Below are positions 51,838 to 62,997 of a stretch of 64,000 nucleotides of DNA, in pieces. A model generated the notes under the pieces. The model was not told the origin of the DNA and ran no database searches. It saw only the letters and a list, made by a program, of their open reading frames with translations. The stretch is from assembly GCA_004297165.1 (NCBI GenBank), contig SCUJ01000011.1, positions 128,095 through 192,094 on the forward strand. Direction: 5' to 3'. Origin of the DNA: Gammaproteobacteria bacterium. Its GTDB lineage: Bacteria; Pseudomonadota; Gammaproteobacteria; Eutrophobiales; Eutrophobiaceae. A program made the translations under genes and the position numbers. Every line of letters starts with the position of its first letter. Within the stretch, counting starts at the first letter, position 1.

Positions 51838-54800
51838 CCGCGCCCCGCCACTCCGAAGCCGCCTTCGAAACCGTCATCGAAGCACACCTCCTCCAGCACG
51901 GCTACGTGACGATCGCGCCTGAGGGTTTCGATCGCGACCGCGCCGTCTTCCCGGAGACGGTGCTTGCCTTTATCCGCGAGACCCAACCCAATGAATGGAA
52001 AAAGCTGGACGCGCTTCATGGCGACAAAACTGGAGAGCAGATCATTGGCGATCTCTGCAAGTGGATGGACGCCAATGGATCACTTGCGACGTTGCGACAC
52101 GGCTTCAAGTGTTATGGGCGCACTCTACACGTCGCGTATTTCAAAGCAGCCCACGAGCTGAATCCGGAGCTTGAAGCGCGGTATGCCGCGAACCGGCTTG
52201 GCATCATCCGTCAGCTTCACTTTTCGCCCCGTTCCGAGAAGTCCCTCGATGTCACATTGAGCCTGAATGGGATTCCCGTCGCCACGCTGGAGCTAAAGAA
52301 TCCGCTTACGGGCCAACGGGTGGAGGATGCGCGCCGGCAGTACAGGCAGGACCGTGACCCGCGCGAACCCATCTTCGAGTTCAAGCGCCGCACGCTGGTG
52401 CATTTCGCGGTGGACACCGAGTCCGTGCTGATGACCACGCGCCTGGCGGGCACGGCGACGCACTTCCTTCCGTTCAACAAGGGCAACGACGGTGGCGCCG
52501 GCAACCCGCCCGACCCGGCGGGTCGCACCTATCGCACGGCGTACCTGTGGGAGGAAGTGTTGCAGCGGGATAGCCTGCTCGATCTGCTTGCGCGCTTCAT
52601 CCACCTGCAGATCGACGAGAAGCGCGATGACCAAGGCCGCAAGGTCAAGACCGAGGCTATGATCTTTCCCCGTTACCACCAGCTTCAGGCGGTGCGGATG
52701 TTGGTAGACGCGGCGCGCGCCGAGGGCGTTGGGCACAACTACCTCGTCGAGCATTCGGCCGGAAGCGGCAAGAGCAATACCATCGGTTGGCTGACGCATC
52801 GGCTCGCGTCCCTGCACGATGCCGCCAACCAGCGCGTATTCGATAGCGTGATCGTGGTGACCGACCGCGTCGTGCTCGACCAGCAGTTGCAGGACACGAT
52901 CTACCAGTTCGAGCACAAGCGTGGCGTCGTACAGCGGATCGACGAGAGCTCGCGGCAGCTTGCGGAAGCGTTGGAGAACGCGGTGCCGGTGATCATCACC
53001 ACGTTGCAGAAATTTCCCTTCGTCTCGCGACAGTTGCTTAAAATTGCAGAGGAGCGCGGCGAGACCGGCACGGGGACACTCGCTACCCGGCGTTGCGCCG
53101 TAATCCTTGATGAGGCCCACAGTTCGCAGGGTGGCGAGACGGCGACCGACCTCAAGGAAGTGCTGGGTGGTGAGGGACTGCGGGACGAAGCGAAGAATCG
53201 CGCGGTCGAGGAAGGCCGCGACGACATGGAGGAGCTGTTCCGCAGCATGGCCAAGCGCGGCAGGCAAGCGAACCTGAGCTTTTTCGCCTTCACTGCCACG
53301 CCCAAGCACAAAACGCTCGCCGTGTTTGGCCGCGATGGGCAGCCGGCACACCGCTACACGATGCGACAGGCGATCGAGGAGGAGTTCATCCTCGACGTTC
53401 TGAAACACTACACGAGCTACGCGACCTATTTCAAATTGCTGAAGGCGTGCGAGGACGATCCAAACGTCGAGCGGAAAAAAGCCGCGCAGGCTCTGGGGCG
53501 CTTCATGAAGTTGCACCCGCACAACATCGCGCAGAAGACCGAGGTGATGGTCGAGCACTTCCAGGCCGTCACTCGGCACAAGATCGGCGGTCGCGCCAAG
53601 GCGATGGTGGTCACTGGTTCACGTCTGGAAGCGGTGCGCTACAAGCAGGGCTTTGATCGCTACATCCAGGAGAAAGGCTACGCCATCAAGTCGCTGGTGG
53701 CGTTCTCTGGAACGGTGCTAGACGACAAGCTGGCCGGTGTCACCTACACCGAACCGGGCATGAACCACGGCATCTCCGAGAAAGAACTGCCCGAGAAATT
53801 CGCAACGCAGGAGTATCAGGTGCTGCTCGTCGCGGAAAAGTACCAAACTGGTTTCGATCAGCCGCTCCTGCACACGATGTTCGTGGACAAGCGCCTCGCG
53901 GGGATCCAGGCCGTGCAGACCTTGTCGAGGCTGAACCGCATTCACCCGCTCAAGGAAGACACGTTCGTCCTCGACTTCGTCAATGACCGCGAGGAGATCC
54001 GCGAAGCCTTCAAGGTCTACTACGAAGGCGCGGAGATGGGTGAGGAAGTCGACCCCGCCCGCATGTATGCGATAAAGGGTGAACTGGACGCCTCGGGGAT
54101 CTATCTCGACGAGGAGGTCGAGCGATTCAGCGCGGTCTATTTCAAGCCGAAGCAGCGGCAAAGCGCGCTGGATCACCAGGCGATGAATGCGGCGCTCGAC
54201 CCGGCGGTCTCGCGTTTCACGGTTCGCCAGAAGGACAACGAGGAAGAGGCGGAACTCTGGCGCGGCAAGATGCAGGCTTTTCTCAACCTCTACGCCTTCC
54301 TGAGCCAGGTGATCCCGTACCAGGACTCTGACCTCGAGCGGTTGTACGTGTTTCTCCGTCACCTTGCGGCGAAGCTGCCTCGTCGCAAGAGCGGCCCGGC
54401 GTACCAGTTCGATGACGAGGTACGGCTCGAATACTACCGCCTGCAGAAGATTAGCGAGGGGTCCATCTCGTTGAAGGACGGTGAAGCCCGGCGTCTCGAT
54501 GGCCCTACTGAGGTTGGCAGTGGCTTGGTTCGCTCGCAACCCGTGCCGCTGTCGCAGCTCATCGACGTAGTGAACGAGCGCTTCGGGACAGATTTCAACC
54601 AGGCTGACCAGTTATTTTTCGACCAGATCGTCGAGGCTGCCATGGCCGACAACAGCCTGCGGCAGGCAGCGGCAGTTAACCCCGGCGATAAATTCGAGCT
54701 GGTATTCAAGAATCTGCTTGAGAAGCTGTTCGTCGAGCGCATGGATCAGAACGAGGAGATCTTTGTCCGATTCATGAACGACGCGCCCTTCCAGAAGATC

Positions 54801-55373
54801 GTGACGGCATGGATGGCGTCGAAGGCGTATCGACGGTTACGAAGCGGTGCCGCTACCGAAGCGGAACAACATGCGATCGTACCTGCGCTGCCGCCACACT
54901 TGCGAATCGTCGAACCAAGACTTGAGGATCGCTTCGTCACCTGTGTGCCACTCGTTCCGCTAAAGGCCGCCGCCGGCGCCTTCGGCGATCCGCAGCACGT
55001 CGAGGAAAATGGCTTCGACTGGGTCGAGGTCAAGACGCGCCACCGGCTTCGTGCCGGAATGTTCGTTGCCCAGGTCGTCGGCAAGTCGATGGAGCCGATG
55101 ATCCCGGATGAGGCGTGGTGTTTGTTTCGAGCGCCGGTGGAGGGTTCACGGCAGGGCAAGACGGTTCTCGTACAACTGCGGGATGATATCGACCCGGAAA
55201 CTGGCGAGCGTTACACAGTCAAGCGGTATGAGAGCGAAAAGGTGAGTCATGACGACTCCTGGAGTCACAAGAGGATCACGCTGAAACCACTCAACCCTGA
55301 CTTCGAACCTATCGTCCTGGCAGACAATGGTTTGGACTCGCAGGTCGTGGCTGAGATGATTGAAGTGCTGTAA
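51834..55373 (+). CDS. hsdR: type I R-M restriction subunit fused to C-terminal S24 (LexA-like) peptidase domain
   Basis: [44 protein letters not shown]; tail [26 protein letters not shown]. Confidence 0.95.
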   Translation: MTAPRHSEAAFETVIEAHLLQHGYVTIAPEGFDRDRAVFPETVLAFIRETQPNEWKKLDALHGDKTGEQIIGDLCKWMDANGSLATLRHGFKCYGRTLHVAYFKAAHELNPELEARYAANRLGIIRQLHFSPRSEKSLDVTLSLNGIPVATLELKNPLTGQRVEDARRQYRQDRDPREPIFEFKRRTLVHFAVDTESVLMTTRLAGTATHFLPFNKGNDGGAGNPPDPAGRTYRTAYLWEEVLQRDSLLDLLARFIHLQIDEKRDDQGRKVKTEAMIFPRYHQLQAVRMLVDAARAEGVGHNYLVEHSAGSGKSNTIGWLTHRLASLHDAANQRVFDSVIVVTDRVVLDQQLQDTIYQFEHKRGVVQRIDESSRQLAEALENAVPVIITTLQKFPFVSRQLLKIAEERGETGTGTLATRRCAVILDEAHSSQGGETATDLKEVLGGEGLRDEAKNRAVEEGRDDMEELFRSMAKRGRQANLSFFAFTATPKHKTLAVFGRDGQPAHRYTMRQAIEEEFILDVLKHYTSYATYFKLLKACEDDPNVERKKAAQALGRFMKLHPHNIAQKTEVMVEHFQAVTRHKIGGRAKAMVVTGSRLEAVRYKQGFDRYIQEKGYAIKSLVAFSGTVLDDKLAGVTYTEPGMNHGISEKELPEKFATQEYQVLLVAEKYQTGFDQPLLHTMFVDKRLAGIQAVQTLSRLNRIHPLKEDTFVLDFVNDREEIREAFKVYYEGAEMGEEVDPARMYAIKGELDASGIYLDEEVERFSAVYFKPKQRQSALDHQAMNAALDPAVSRFTVRQKDNEEEAELWRGKMQAFLNLYAFLSQVIPYQDSDLERLYVFLRHLAAKLPRRKSGPAYQFDDEVRLEYYRLQKISEGSISLKDGEARRLDGPTEVGSGLVRSQPVPLSQLIDVVNERFGTDFNQADQLFFDQIVEAAMADNSLRQAAAVNPGDKFELVFKNLLEKLFVERMDQNEEIFVRFMNDAPFQKIVTAWMASKAYRRLRSGAATEAEQHAIVPALPPHLRIVEPRLEDRFVTCVPLVPLKAAAGAFGDPQHVEENGFDWVEVKTRHRLRAGMFVAQVVGKSMEPMIPDEAWCLFRAPVEGSRQGKTVLVQLRDDIDPETGERYTVKRYESEKVSHDDSWSHKRITLKPLNPDFEPIVLADNGLDSQVVAEMIEVL

Positions 55374-55476
55374 GACGATGCTGCTCTCGATCCGTAAAAC
55401 ACGCGGCAGGACAAGGGATTATGCCTGTCTATTTTATGATAAAATGCCCCCATTCGTTTCACTCTGAAGAGAACTC

Positions 55477-56223
55477 ATGGCAGGTCACAGCAAGTGGGCT
55501 AATATCCAGCACCGCAAGGGGAAACAGGACGCCAAGCGCGGCAAGCTGTTCACCAAACTGATCCGGGAAATCACCATCGCCGCACGGCTTGGCGGCGGCG
55601 ACCCGAATTCCAATCCGCGCCTTCGGGCCGCGCTCGAAACCGCGCGCGCCAACAGCATGGCCAAAGACACCATCGACCGCGCGATCAAGCGCGGGGCGGG
55701 CGGCGATGATTCCGCAAATCTGGAAGAAGTCACTTACGAAGGCTATGGCCCCGGCGGCGTCGCGGTGATGGTGGCCTGCACCACCGACAATCGCAACCGC
55801 ACGGTGGCGGATGTCCGGCACGCCTTTACCAAGTGCGGCGGCAATCTGGGGACCGACGGCTCGGTGGCCTATCTATTCAGCAAGGTCGGTCTGCTCAATT
55901 ATCCCACGGGCACGAATGAGGACCGGCTGATGGAACTCGCACTCGAGGCCGGGGCCGAGGATATCGTCACCCATGAGGACGGTTCCATCGAGGTCCTCAC
56001 GACGCCGGAAACCTTCGCCGCCGTGCGGGATCGCCTGGTCGCCGGCAAATTCACCCCGGAGACCGCCGAGATCACCATGCGCGCCTCAACCTCCACCACT
56101 CTTGAGCAGGATTCCGCCGAAAGCATGATCCGCCTGCTCGAGATGCTGGAAGACCTCGATGATGTGCAGAAGGTCTATTCCAACGCCGAGATCCCCGACG
56201 ATGTCCTCGCGGCGCTCGCCTGA
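55477..56223 (+). CDS. yebC: YebC/PmpR family protein
   Basis: [34 protein letters not shown]. Confidence 0.97.
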   Translation: MAGHSKWANIQHRKGKQDAKRGKLFTKLIREITIAARLGGGDPNSNPRLRAALETARANSMAKDTIDRAIKRGAGGDDSANLEEVTYEGYGPGGVAVMVACTTDNRNRTVADVRHAFTKCGGNLGTDGSVAYLFSKVGLLNYPTGTNEDRLMELALEAGAEDIVTHEDGSIEVLTTPETFAAVRDRLVAGKFTPETAEITMRASTSTTLEQDSAESMIRLLEMLEDLDDVQKVYSNAEIPDDVLAALA

Positions 56224-56244
56224 ACCGGGGCCGGACCGCTCCTG

Positions 56245-56811
56245 ATGACGGCCCCCCGTCCCGCGGGCAATCTTCCGGAACCGACCCGCCGCCGGGTCCG
56301 CATCCTCGGGATCGATCCCGGCTCCAGATTCACCGGCTTCGGGGTCATCGACATGCAGGCGAACCATTCCACGCACATCAGTCACGGCGTCATCCGGGTG
56401 GAGGGCGAATCCCTGGGCGAGCGGCTGGGTTGCATCTACGCCCGGCTGGAGGAACTCATCGGCGAACACCGCCCGGACGAGGGCGCGATCGAGCAGATCT
56501 TCATGCACAAGAACGCGGATTCCGCGCTGAAGCTCGGCCAGGCCCGCGGCACGGCGGTCGTCGCGATGGCGCGGCAGGGGCTCCCGATCTTTGAGTACAC
56601 CGCAAATCAGGTCAAGCAGGCGACCGTGGGCCGGGGCCACGCCGCCAAACAACAGGTGCAGCACATGGTGCGCGTGCTTCTCAATCTGCCCGAGATCCCG
56701 GAGAGCGACGCGGGGGACGCGCTCGCCGTCGCCTTGTGTCACGGGCATTCCCGCGAGGGCCTGCTGCGCATGTCCGGGGTCAGCGGGATCCGGGGAGGCC
56801 GCCTGCAATGA
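56245..56811 (+). CDS. ruvC: Holliday junction resolvase
   Basis: ILGIDPGS, ALKLGQARG, DAGDALAVALCH. Confidence 0.96.
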   Translation: MTAPRPAGNLPEPTRRRVRILGIDPGSRFTGFGVIDMQANHSTHISHGVIRVEGESLGERLGCIYARLEELIGEHRPDEGAIEQIFMHKNADSALKLGQARGTAVVAMARQGLPIFEYTANQVKQATVGRGHAAKQQVQHMVRVLLNLPEIPESDAGDALAVALCHGHSREGLLRMSGVSGIRGGRLQ

Positions 56812-57416
56812 TCGGACGCCTGCGCGGGATCCTGCTGGAGAAGAAACCGCCTCAGCTCCTGCTCGATGTCCAGGGGGTCTGTTACGAGATCGAGGCCCCG
56901 ATGAGCACCTTTTATGTCCTGCCGGAGGCGGGCGTGGACCTTGTGATACACACCCATCTCATCGTCCGCGAGGACGCCCACCTGTTGTACGGCTTTGCGA
57001 GTCTGGACGAACGGCGGCTGTTTCGCGCCCTGATCAAGGTCAACGGCGTGGGGGCGAAGCTGGCGCTCACCATCCTCTCCGGGATCGAATCCGCGGAGTT
57101 CGCGCAATGCATCCAGCTTGGCGACATGGATCGCCTGGTGCGCCTCCCCGGGATCGGCAAGAAGACCGCCGAACGGTTGATCGTGGAGATGCGCGATCGG
57201 CTGAAGGACTGGGAGACCGGGTCGACGCCGCTCGCCGCGCCGGGACACGCCAACATTTCCCGCAGCGCGGAGGCGGACGCCATCAGCGCCCTCATCAATC
57301 TGGGCTACAAACCCCAGGAGGCGAGCCGCATGGTGCTCGCCGTCGCCGCCGAGGCCATGAGCAGCGAGGCGATCATCCGTGAAGCCCTCCGGACTACCCT
57401 TAGGAACCCGGCCTGA
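56808..57416 (+). CDS. ruvA: Holliday junction branch migration protein
   Basis: MIGRLRG, VREDAHLLYGF, NGVGAKLA, PGIGKKTAERL. Confidence 0.97.
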   Translation: MIGRLRGILLEKKPPQLLLDVQGVCYEIEAPMSTFYVLPEAGVDLVIHTHLIVREDAHLLYGFASLDERRLFRALIKVNGVGAKLALTILSGIESAEFAQCIQLGDMDRLVRLPGIGKKTAERLIVEMRDRLKDWETGSTPLAAPGHANISRSAEADAISALINLGYKPQEASRMVLAVAAEAMSSEAIIREALRTTLRNPA

Positions 57417-57440
57417 TGGCAAAGACTCCTGTCTCCAAAT

Positions 57441-57523
57441 GTAGCCTGGATGAAGTGAAACGGAATCCAGGGACAAATCACGACGCACAAATCCCGGATT
57501 ACGCTACGCTGCATCCGGGCTAC
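57441..57523. repeat. inverted pair of GTAG-family REP elements
   Basis: GTAGCCTGGATG...ATCCAGG-spacer-CCCGGAT...CATCCGGGCTAC. Confidence 0.8.
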
Positions 57524-57540
57524 TCATTGAAACGACCGCG

Positions 57541-58596
57541 ATGAGCGACATCAATCCGCATATCGCCCCCGGCGAAAACAACGAAGACCTCATCGCCGAC
57601 AACACCCTGCGGCCCCGACGGCTGAAGGATTATGTCGGCCAACCCGCGGTGCACGAGCAGATGGAGATCTTCATCGGCGCGGCCCGCAACCGCCGCGAGG
57701 CCCTCGATCATGTGCTCATCTTCGGTCCGCCTGGTCTCGGCAAGACGACGCTCGCCCACATCATCGCCCACGAATTGGGCGTGGGCCTGCGCCAGACCTC
57801 CGGACCCGTGCTGGAAAAACCCGGCGACCTCGCCGCCATCCTCACCAACCTCGAATCCCGCGATGTCCTCTTCATCGACGAGATCCACCGGCTGAGCCCC
57901 ATCGTCGAGGAAATCCTCTATCCCGCGATGGAGGATTTTCAGATCGACATCATGATCGGCGAGGGCCCGGCGGCGCGGGCGATCAAACTGGATGTGCCGC
58001 ATTTCACGCTGGTCGGCGCCACCACCCGCGCGGGACTCCTGACCTCGCCGCTGCGGGACCGCTTCGGGATCGTCCAACGGCTGGAGTTTTACTCCAGCGC
58101 GGAGATCAACGGGATCGTGCGCCGCTCGGCCGGCATCCTCGAGGTCGCGATTGACGATAACGGGGCGCAGGAGATCGCCGCCCGTTCGCGCGGCACGCCG
58201 CGGATCGCCAACCGCCTCCTGCGCCGGGTGCGGGACTACGCCGAGGTCCGCGCGGATGGGCGGATCACCAACGACACCGCGCGGCGGGCGCTAGACATGC
58301 TGAACGTGGATGAGCACGGCTTCGACATGATGGATCGCAAACTGCTCCTGACCATCATCCAGAAATTCGACGGCGGTCCGGTGGGCGCCGACAGCCTCGC
58401 GGCGGCCATCGGCGAGGAACGCGACACCATCGAGGACGTGATCGAGCCTTATCTTATCCAGCAAGGCTTCCTCATGCGTACATCGCGCGGGAGGATGGCC
58501 ACCCGCAACGCCTGGCTGCACTTCGGCCTCGAGCCGCCGCGCAACCGCCCGACCGAACCGGATCTCTTCAATGACGAAAAAGACGCCAAAGACTGA
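57541..58596 (+). CDS. ruvB: Holliday junction branch migration helicase
   Basis: [35 protein letters not shown]. Confidence 0.98.
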   Translation: MSDINPHIAPGENNEDLIADNTLRPRRLKDYVGQPAVHEQMEIFIGAARNRREALDHVLIFGPPGLGKTTLAHIIAHELGVGLRQTSGPVLEKPGDLAAILTNLESRDVLFIDEIHRLSPIVEEILYPAMEDFQIDIMIGEGPAARAIKLDVPHFTLVGATTRAGLLTSPLRDRFGIVQRLEFYSSAEINGIVRRSAGILEVAIDDNGAQEIAARSRGTPRIANRLLRRVRDYAEVRADGRITNDTARRALDMLNVDEHGFDMMDRKLLLTIIQKFDGGPVGADSLAAAIGEERDTIEDVIEPYLIQQGFLMRTSRGRMATRNAWLHFGLEPPRNRPTEPDLFNDEKDAKD

Positions 58597-59020
58597 CCCC
58601 GCGGCCGGCGCCGGGATCGGCTTTTCCTGGCCGGTGCGCGTTTATTACGAGGACACGGACGCCGGGGGCGTGGTCTATCATACCGGCTACCTGCGGTACA
58701 TGGAGCGGGCGCGCACGGAATGGCTGCGCCATCTCGGTCATTCCCAGCACGATCTGCGCGCGCGGGAAGGATTGCTCTTTGCCGTCAACCGAATCACAAT
58801 CCATTACCGCAAACCGGCGCGCATCGATGAACTCCTGGAGGTCCGCAGCACTCTTATCAGCCGGGGGGGCGCCAGCCTGGCGTTCGGACAGACAATCCTG
58901 AATGAGCGCGGGGAGGTCCTGTGCGAGGCCGAGGTCGGGGTCGCCTGCCTCGACGCGGCGGACATGAAACCACGGCGGCTGCCGAACTCAATAAGAATGG
59001 AACTGCATGATGTCAACTGA
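58571..59020 (+). CDS. ybgC: tol-pal associated acyl-CoA thioesterase
   Basis: [25 protein letters not shown]. Confidence 0.95.
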   Translation: MTKKTPKTDPAAGAGIGFSWPVRVYYEDTDAGGVVYHTGYLRYMERARTEWLRHLGHSQHDLRAREGLLFAVNRITIHYRKPARIDELLEVRSTLISRGGASLAFGQTILNERGEVLCEAEVGVACLDAADMKPRRLPNSIRMELHDVN

Positions 59021-59684
59021 TCTATCCTTCATCCATCTCATCCTGAACGCCAGTCTGCTGGTGAAACTGGTGATGCTCCTCCTGCTCTGGGCCTCGGTGG
59101 TCTCCTGGACCATGATCTTCAGCAAATCCAGGATCCTCAAGCTCGCGAAAGATTCCGCCAACCAATTCGAGGAGCGGTTCTGGTCGGCGGAGGACCTCGC
59201 CCCGTTGTATAACAAGGTGACGCACCGGAAACACGACGCCACCGGCATGGAGAAGATCTTCGAGTCTGGCTTCAAGGAATTCGCAAAACTGAAGGCCCAG
59301 CCGAAGATCGAACCGGAGGCCCAGCTCGAAGGCGCGCAGCGGGCAATGCGCGTGGCGCTCAACCGGGAGATGGAGGTCCTCGAAAGACACCTGGCCTTTC
59401 TCGCGACGGTGGGATCGACCAGCCCGTATGTCGGCCTGTTCGGCACCGTGTGGGGGATCATGAACAGCTTCCGCTCGCTCGGCAATGTCCAACAGGCGAC
59501 CATCTCCATGGTCGCGCCGGGGATCGCCGAGGCCCTGATCGCGACCGCCATGGGTCTCTTCGCCGCTATCCCGGCTGTGATCGCCTACAACCGCTACTCC
59601 GACGACGTGGAGCGCCTGCTGAACCGCTACGACATCTTCATGGAGGAGTTTTCCTCGATCCTCCATCGCTATGCACACAGCTAA
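59007..59684 (+). CDS. tolQ: TolQ
   Basis: LATVGSTSPYVGLFGTVWGIM, VAPGIAEALIATA. Confidence 0.97.
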   Translation: MMSTDLSFIHLILNASLLVKLVMLLLLWASVVSWTMIFSKSRILKLAKDSANQFEERFWSAEDLAPLYNKVTHRKHDATGMEKIFESGFKEFAKLKAQPKIEPEAQLEGAQRAMRVALNREMEVLERHLAFLATVGSTSPYVGLFGTVWGIMNSFRSLGNVQQATISMVAPGIAEALIATAMGLFAAIPAVIAYNRYSDDVERLLNRYDIFMEEFSSILHRYAHS

Positions 59685-59721
59685 GGCAAGTCTGATAAAG
59701 TCCGTTCGCATTGAGAACGGC

Positions 59722-59749
59722 TGACAAATGACCAGTGACCAATGACTAA
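59722..59749 (+). repeat. four tandem heptamers TGAC(A/C/T)A(A/G)
   Basis: TGACAAA TGACCAG TGACCAA TGACTAA between tolQ and tolR. Confidence 0.8.
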
Positions 59750-59755
59750 TCTCCG

Positions 59756-60178
59756 ATGAAACCGAGAGTACGCAAAAAACCGATGTCGGCGATCAACGTC
59801 GTCCCCTACATCGATGTCATGCTGGTGCTCCTGATCATCTTCATGATCACGGCCCCGCTGCTCAGCCAGGGCGTGAAGGTGGAGTTGCCCCAGGCGGCGG
59901 CCGAGCCCATGCCCGCCGAGGACAAGGAGCCGGTGATGATCAGCGTCGACAGCGCGGGAAATTTCTACATCAACTACGGCGAGAAGCAGGATGACCCCGT
60001 CGACCCGCAAACCCTCGCCAACCGCGTCAGCGCGCTGCTCAAGTATCAGCCGGGGATCCCCGTCTATCTGAAGGGCGACAAGAACGTGCCCTACGGCCGG
60101 GTCGTCGAGGCCATGGCCATGCTGCAGCGGGCTGGCGTCAATGGCGTGGGCCTGATCACGGATCCGCCCGAGCAATAG
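59756..60178 (+). CDS. tolR: TolR
   Basis: INVVPYIDVMLVLLIIFMITAP, VPYGRVV. Confidence 0.97.
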   Translation: MKPRVRKKPMSAINVVPYIDVMLVLLIIFMITAPLLSQGVKVELPQAAAEPMPAEDKEPVMISVDSAGNFYINYGEKQDDPVDPQTLANRVSALLKYQPGIPVYLKGDKNVPYGRVVEAMAMLQRAGVNGVGLITDPPEQ

Positions 60179-60187
60179 GCAAGCGAC

Positions 60188-61006
60188 TTGTTCTCCCGAC
60201 TCACATTCAAATCCTCGCTGCTGTCGATCCTGCTGCATGTCGCCGCGGTCCTGCTGCTCGTGCTGAGCTTCGATTTCACGTCCCGGCAGGTCAAACCGGC
60301 CCCACAGGTGAATGCCGTGGAGGCGGTCACCGTGGACAGCGCCCAGGTGGAAAAGGAACTGCAACGCCTGAAGGAACTTGAGGATGCAAAGGAGCAGGAA
60401 AAGCTCGAAAAACAACGTCTGCTGGAGCGCCAGGCACGCGAGGCGGAGACCAAGCGCAAGACGGAGGAACAACGCCTCGCCGATCTGAAAAAGAAAAAAG
60501 AGCAGGAGCAAAAGGCGCTGGAAGCGGAACAGAAGAAAGTGGCGGAGAAGAAAAAGGAGCAGGAGGAACTGGAGCGCAAACGCAAGGCCGAGGCCGAAAA
60601 ACAGCGCCAGGATGAAGAGGCGAAGAAAAAGGCGGAGGCGGAACAAAAAAAGCGCAAGGAAGAAGAGGCCGCGCGCCAGAAACAGGTCGCCGAGCAACAG
60701 GCGGCCCAGGCCCGCGCCGATCAGTCCCTGATGCAGGGGGTCATTGCCAACATCTACCAGGACGTGCGCAACAACTTCAATATCAGCGGTCTGCCGCCGG
60801 GACTCGAATGCGTCCTGCTGGTCCGGACCGTGCCGGGGGGCGAGGTGGTGGGCGTCCAGATCAGCAAGTCGAGCGGCAACGAAATCTTTGACCGGCGCGC
60901 TCATGATGCGGTACAAAAGGCGTCGCCACTGCCCTTGCCGGCGGATTCGGCGACCTTCGAACGGCTTGGCCTGCGCCAGTTCAATCTGCGCTTCAAGCCC
61001 CAGTAA
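60188..61006 (+). CDS. tolA: TolA
   Basis: TM with SILLH motif, Lys/Glu/Ala helix, [10 protein letters not shown]-domain. Confidence 0.93.
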   Translation: MFSRLTFKSSLLSILLHVAAVLLLVLSFDFTSRQVKPAPQVNAVEAVTVDSAQVEKELQRLKELEDAKEQEKLEKQRLLERQAREAETKRKTEEQRLADLKKKKEQEQKALEAEQKKVAEKKKEQEELERKRKAEAEKQRQDEEAKKKAEAEQKKRKEEEAARQKQVAEQQAAQARADQSLMQGVIANIYQDVRNNFNISGLPPGLECVLLVRTVPGGEVVGVQISKSSGNEIFDRRAHDAVQKASPLPLPADSATFERLGLRQFNLRFKPQ

Positions 61007-61022
61007 CAACAGGAACAAGCGG

Positions 61023-62333
61023 ATGATCTCAAGAATACTTTTATTTTTCGTTCTGGCATTGCAGGCAACGGCATCTCCCGCGGAGGACGCGCTCGAGATC
61101 GTCATCGACCGCGGCATCGAAAACACCCTGCCAATCGCCGTCGTCCCCTTCGGCTGGTCCGGCGCGGCGCAGGACCCGCCGATGGACTTCGCCCTGACCA
61201 TCTCGAATAACCTCGATCGCAGCGGACGCTTCGCGGTGATGGACACGGAGGACCTGCCGCAACGCCCGCTGCAATTTCAGGAGGTCAACTTCCGCGACTG
61301 GCGGCTGCTCAACATGGAAAACATCGTACTGGGCACGCTGAAGGCCCTGCCGGACGGCAATTTTGAGGTGGAATTCCGCCTCATCGACGTCTATCGCGGG
61401 GCGCAGATCGCGGGCTTTCGCATCCCCGCGAGCCCCAAGCAGCTCCGCCGCACGGCGCACCGCATCAGCGACATCATCTTCGAACGGCTGACCGGGATCC
61501 GCGGCGCCTTCGACACCCGGATCGCCTATGTCACCGTGCGCGAGGACCAGGGCAAGGGCCGGCGTTACTACCTCCAGATCGCCGACGCCGACGGCTTCAA
61601 TTCCCAGGTGCTGATGGAATCGGGGGAACCGCTCATGTCGCCCGCCTGGTCGCCCGACGCCCGGCAACTGGCCTATGTCTCCTTCGAGGGACGCAACTCG
61701 GCGATCTTCATCCAGGACATCATCACCGGCCAACGCACCCGCATCGCGGCCTTCTCCGGGATCAACAGCGCCCCCGCCTGGTCGCCGGACGGGTCCCGGC
61801 TCGCGATGACGCTCTCCCGCGAGGGCGACCCTGAGATCTATGTCATGGACCTGGCCTCGCGCTCCCTCCAGCGCCTGACCAACGACCGCGGGATCGACAC
61901 CGAACCGGCCTTCTCGCCCGATGGGCGGAGGATCGCCTTCACCTCGGATCGCGGCGGCAATCCGCAGATCTACGAGATGAACCTCAACGGCGGCGAGATC
62001 AAGCGCCTGACCTTCGTCGGCGAATACAACGCCAGGCCCCGCTACTCGCCCGACGGGAAGAGCATGTCCCTGCTGCACGCCCAGGGCGGGGCCTACCGGA
62101 TCGGCATCCTGGATCTGGAGAGCACCGACATCCTCCTGCTGACCAGCGCCAGTCTGGACGAATCGCCCAGCTTCGCGCCAAACGGCAGCATGATCATCTA
62201 CGCCACCTCGGGCCGGAGGGGTTCGGAACTCGCGGCCGTGTCTTCAGACGGCAGCGTCCACCAGCGCCTCGCGCTGCAAGTCGGCGCGGTTCAGGAACCC
62301 GCCTGGGGTCCGTTTCCCCCGGAAAAACCCTGA
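61023..62333 (+). CDS. tolB: TolB
   Basis: [17 protein letters not shown], repeated PAWSPDG. Confidence 0.97.
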   Translation: MISRILLFFVLALQATASPAEDALEIVIDRGIENTLPIAVVPFGWSGAAQDPPMDFALTISNNLDRSGRFAVMDTEDLPQRPLQFQEVNFRDWRLLNMENIVLGTLKALPDGNFEVEFRLIDVYRGAQIAGFRIPASPKQLRRTAHRISDIIFERLTGIRGAFDTRIAYVTVREDQGKGRRYYLQIADADGFNSQVLMESGEPLMSPAWSPDARQLAYVSFEGRNSAIFIQDIITGQRTRIAAFSGINSAPAWSPDGSRLAMTLSREGDPEIYVMDLASRSLQRLTNDRGIDTEPAFSPDGRRIAFTSDRGGNPQIYEMNLNGGEIKRLTFVGEYNARPRYSPDGKSMSLLHAQGGAYRIGILDLESTDILLLTSASLDESPSFAPNGSMIIYATSGRRGSELAAVSSDGSVHQRLALQVGAVQEPAWGPFPPEKP

Positions 62334-62431
62334 TCCCGAGATGGTTTGTAGATTTCAACAATAGCGCAGGAGTGTTATCCTTGCGCGGTCTGTGGCAGAC
62401 CAGCCACTACATATTTATTTAGGAGACAAGA

Positions 62432-62959
62432 ATGCTTATGAATACCCGTATCTTCCTGGTTGTCATGCTCGCGGTCATGCTGGGGGCCTGCTCCTCGACC
62501 GGCGGCAGCAAGAAAACCACCGCGGCCGTCAGTGAGGGCAGCGGTTCGGGCGGCAACAGCGAGGTCAGCACCTACGGCGCGGGCGAAGGCGCCGGTTCGG
62601 GCATGAGCGAACTGGACGACCCCAACAGCCCGCTGTCCACGCGCATCGTCTATTTCGAATACGACAGCAGCGAGATCCAGGAGCGCTACCGGGAAGTGGT
62701 GGCGGCGCATGCCGATTACCTCGTCAAGAATCCGAACGTGGTGGTATCTCTCGAAGGCCATGCGGACGAACGCGGTTCGCGGGAATACAACCTGGCGCTG
62801 GGCGAACGGCGGGCGCTCGCGGTCAAGCGGCAGATGACCCTGCTCGGCGCGCAGGCCTCCCAGATCCGGACCGTGAGCTACGGCGAGGAGCGTCCGATCG
62901 AGTCGGGACATGATGACAATTCCTGGAGTCAGAACCGGCGCGTCGAACTGGTTTATTAG
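62432..62959 (+). CDS. pal: peptidoglycan-associated lipoprotein
   Basis: Lipobox LGAC, EGHADERGSREYNLALGERRA, SYGEERP, NRRVE. Confidence 0.97.
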   Translation: MLMNTRIFLVVMLAVMLGACSSTGGSKKTTAAVSEGSGSGGNSEVSTYGAGEGAGSGMSELDDPNSPLSTRIVYFEYDSSEIQERYREVVAAHADYLVKNPNVVVSLEGHADERGSREYNLALGERRALAVKRQMTLLGAQASQIRTVSYGEERPIESGHDDNSWSQNRRVELVY

Positions 62960-62997
62960 CGGCAATTAAGCAGGGGCGGCAAGCCCTGGGAGCGTCT

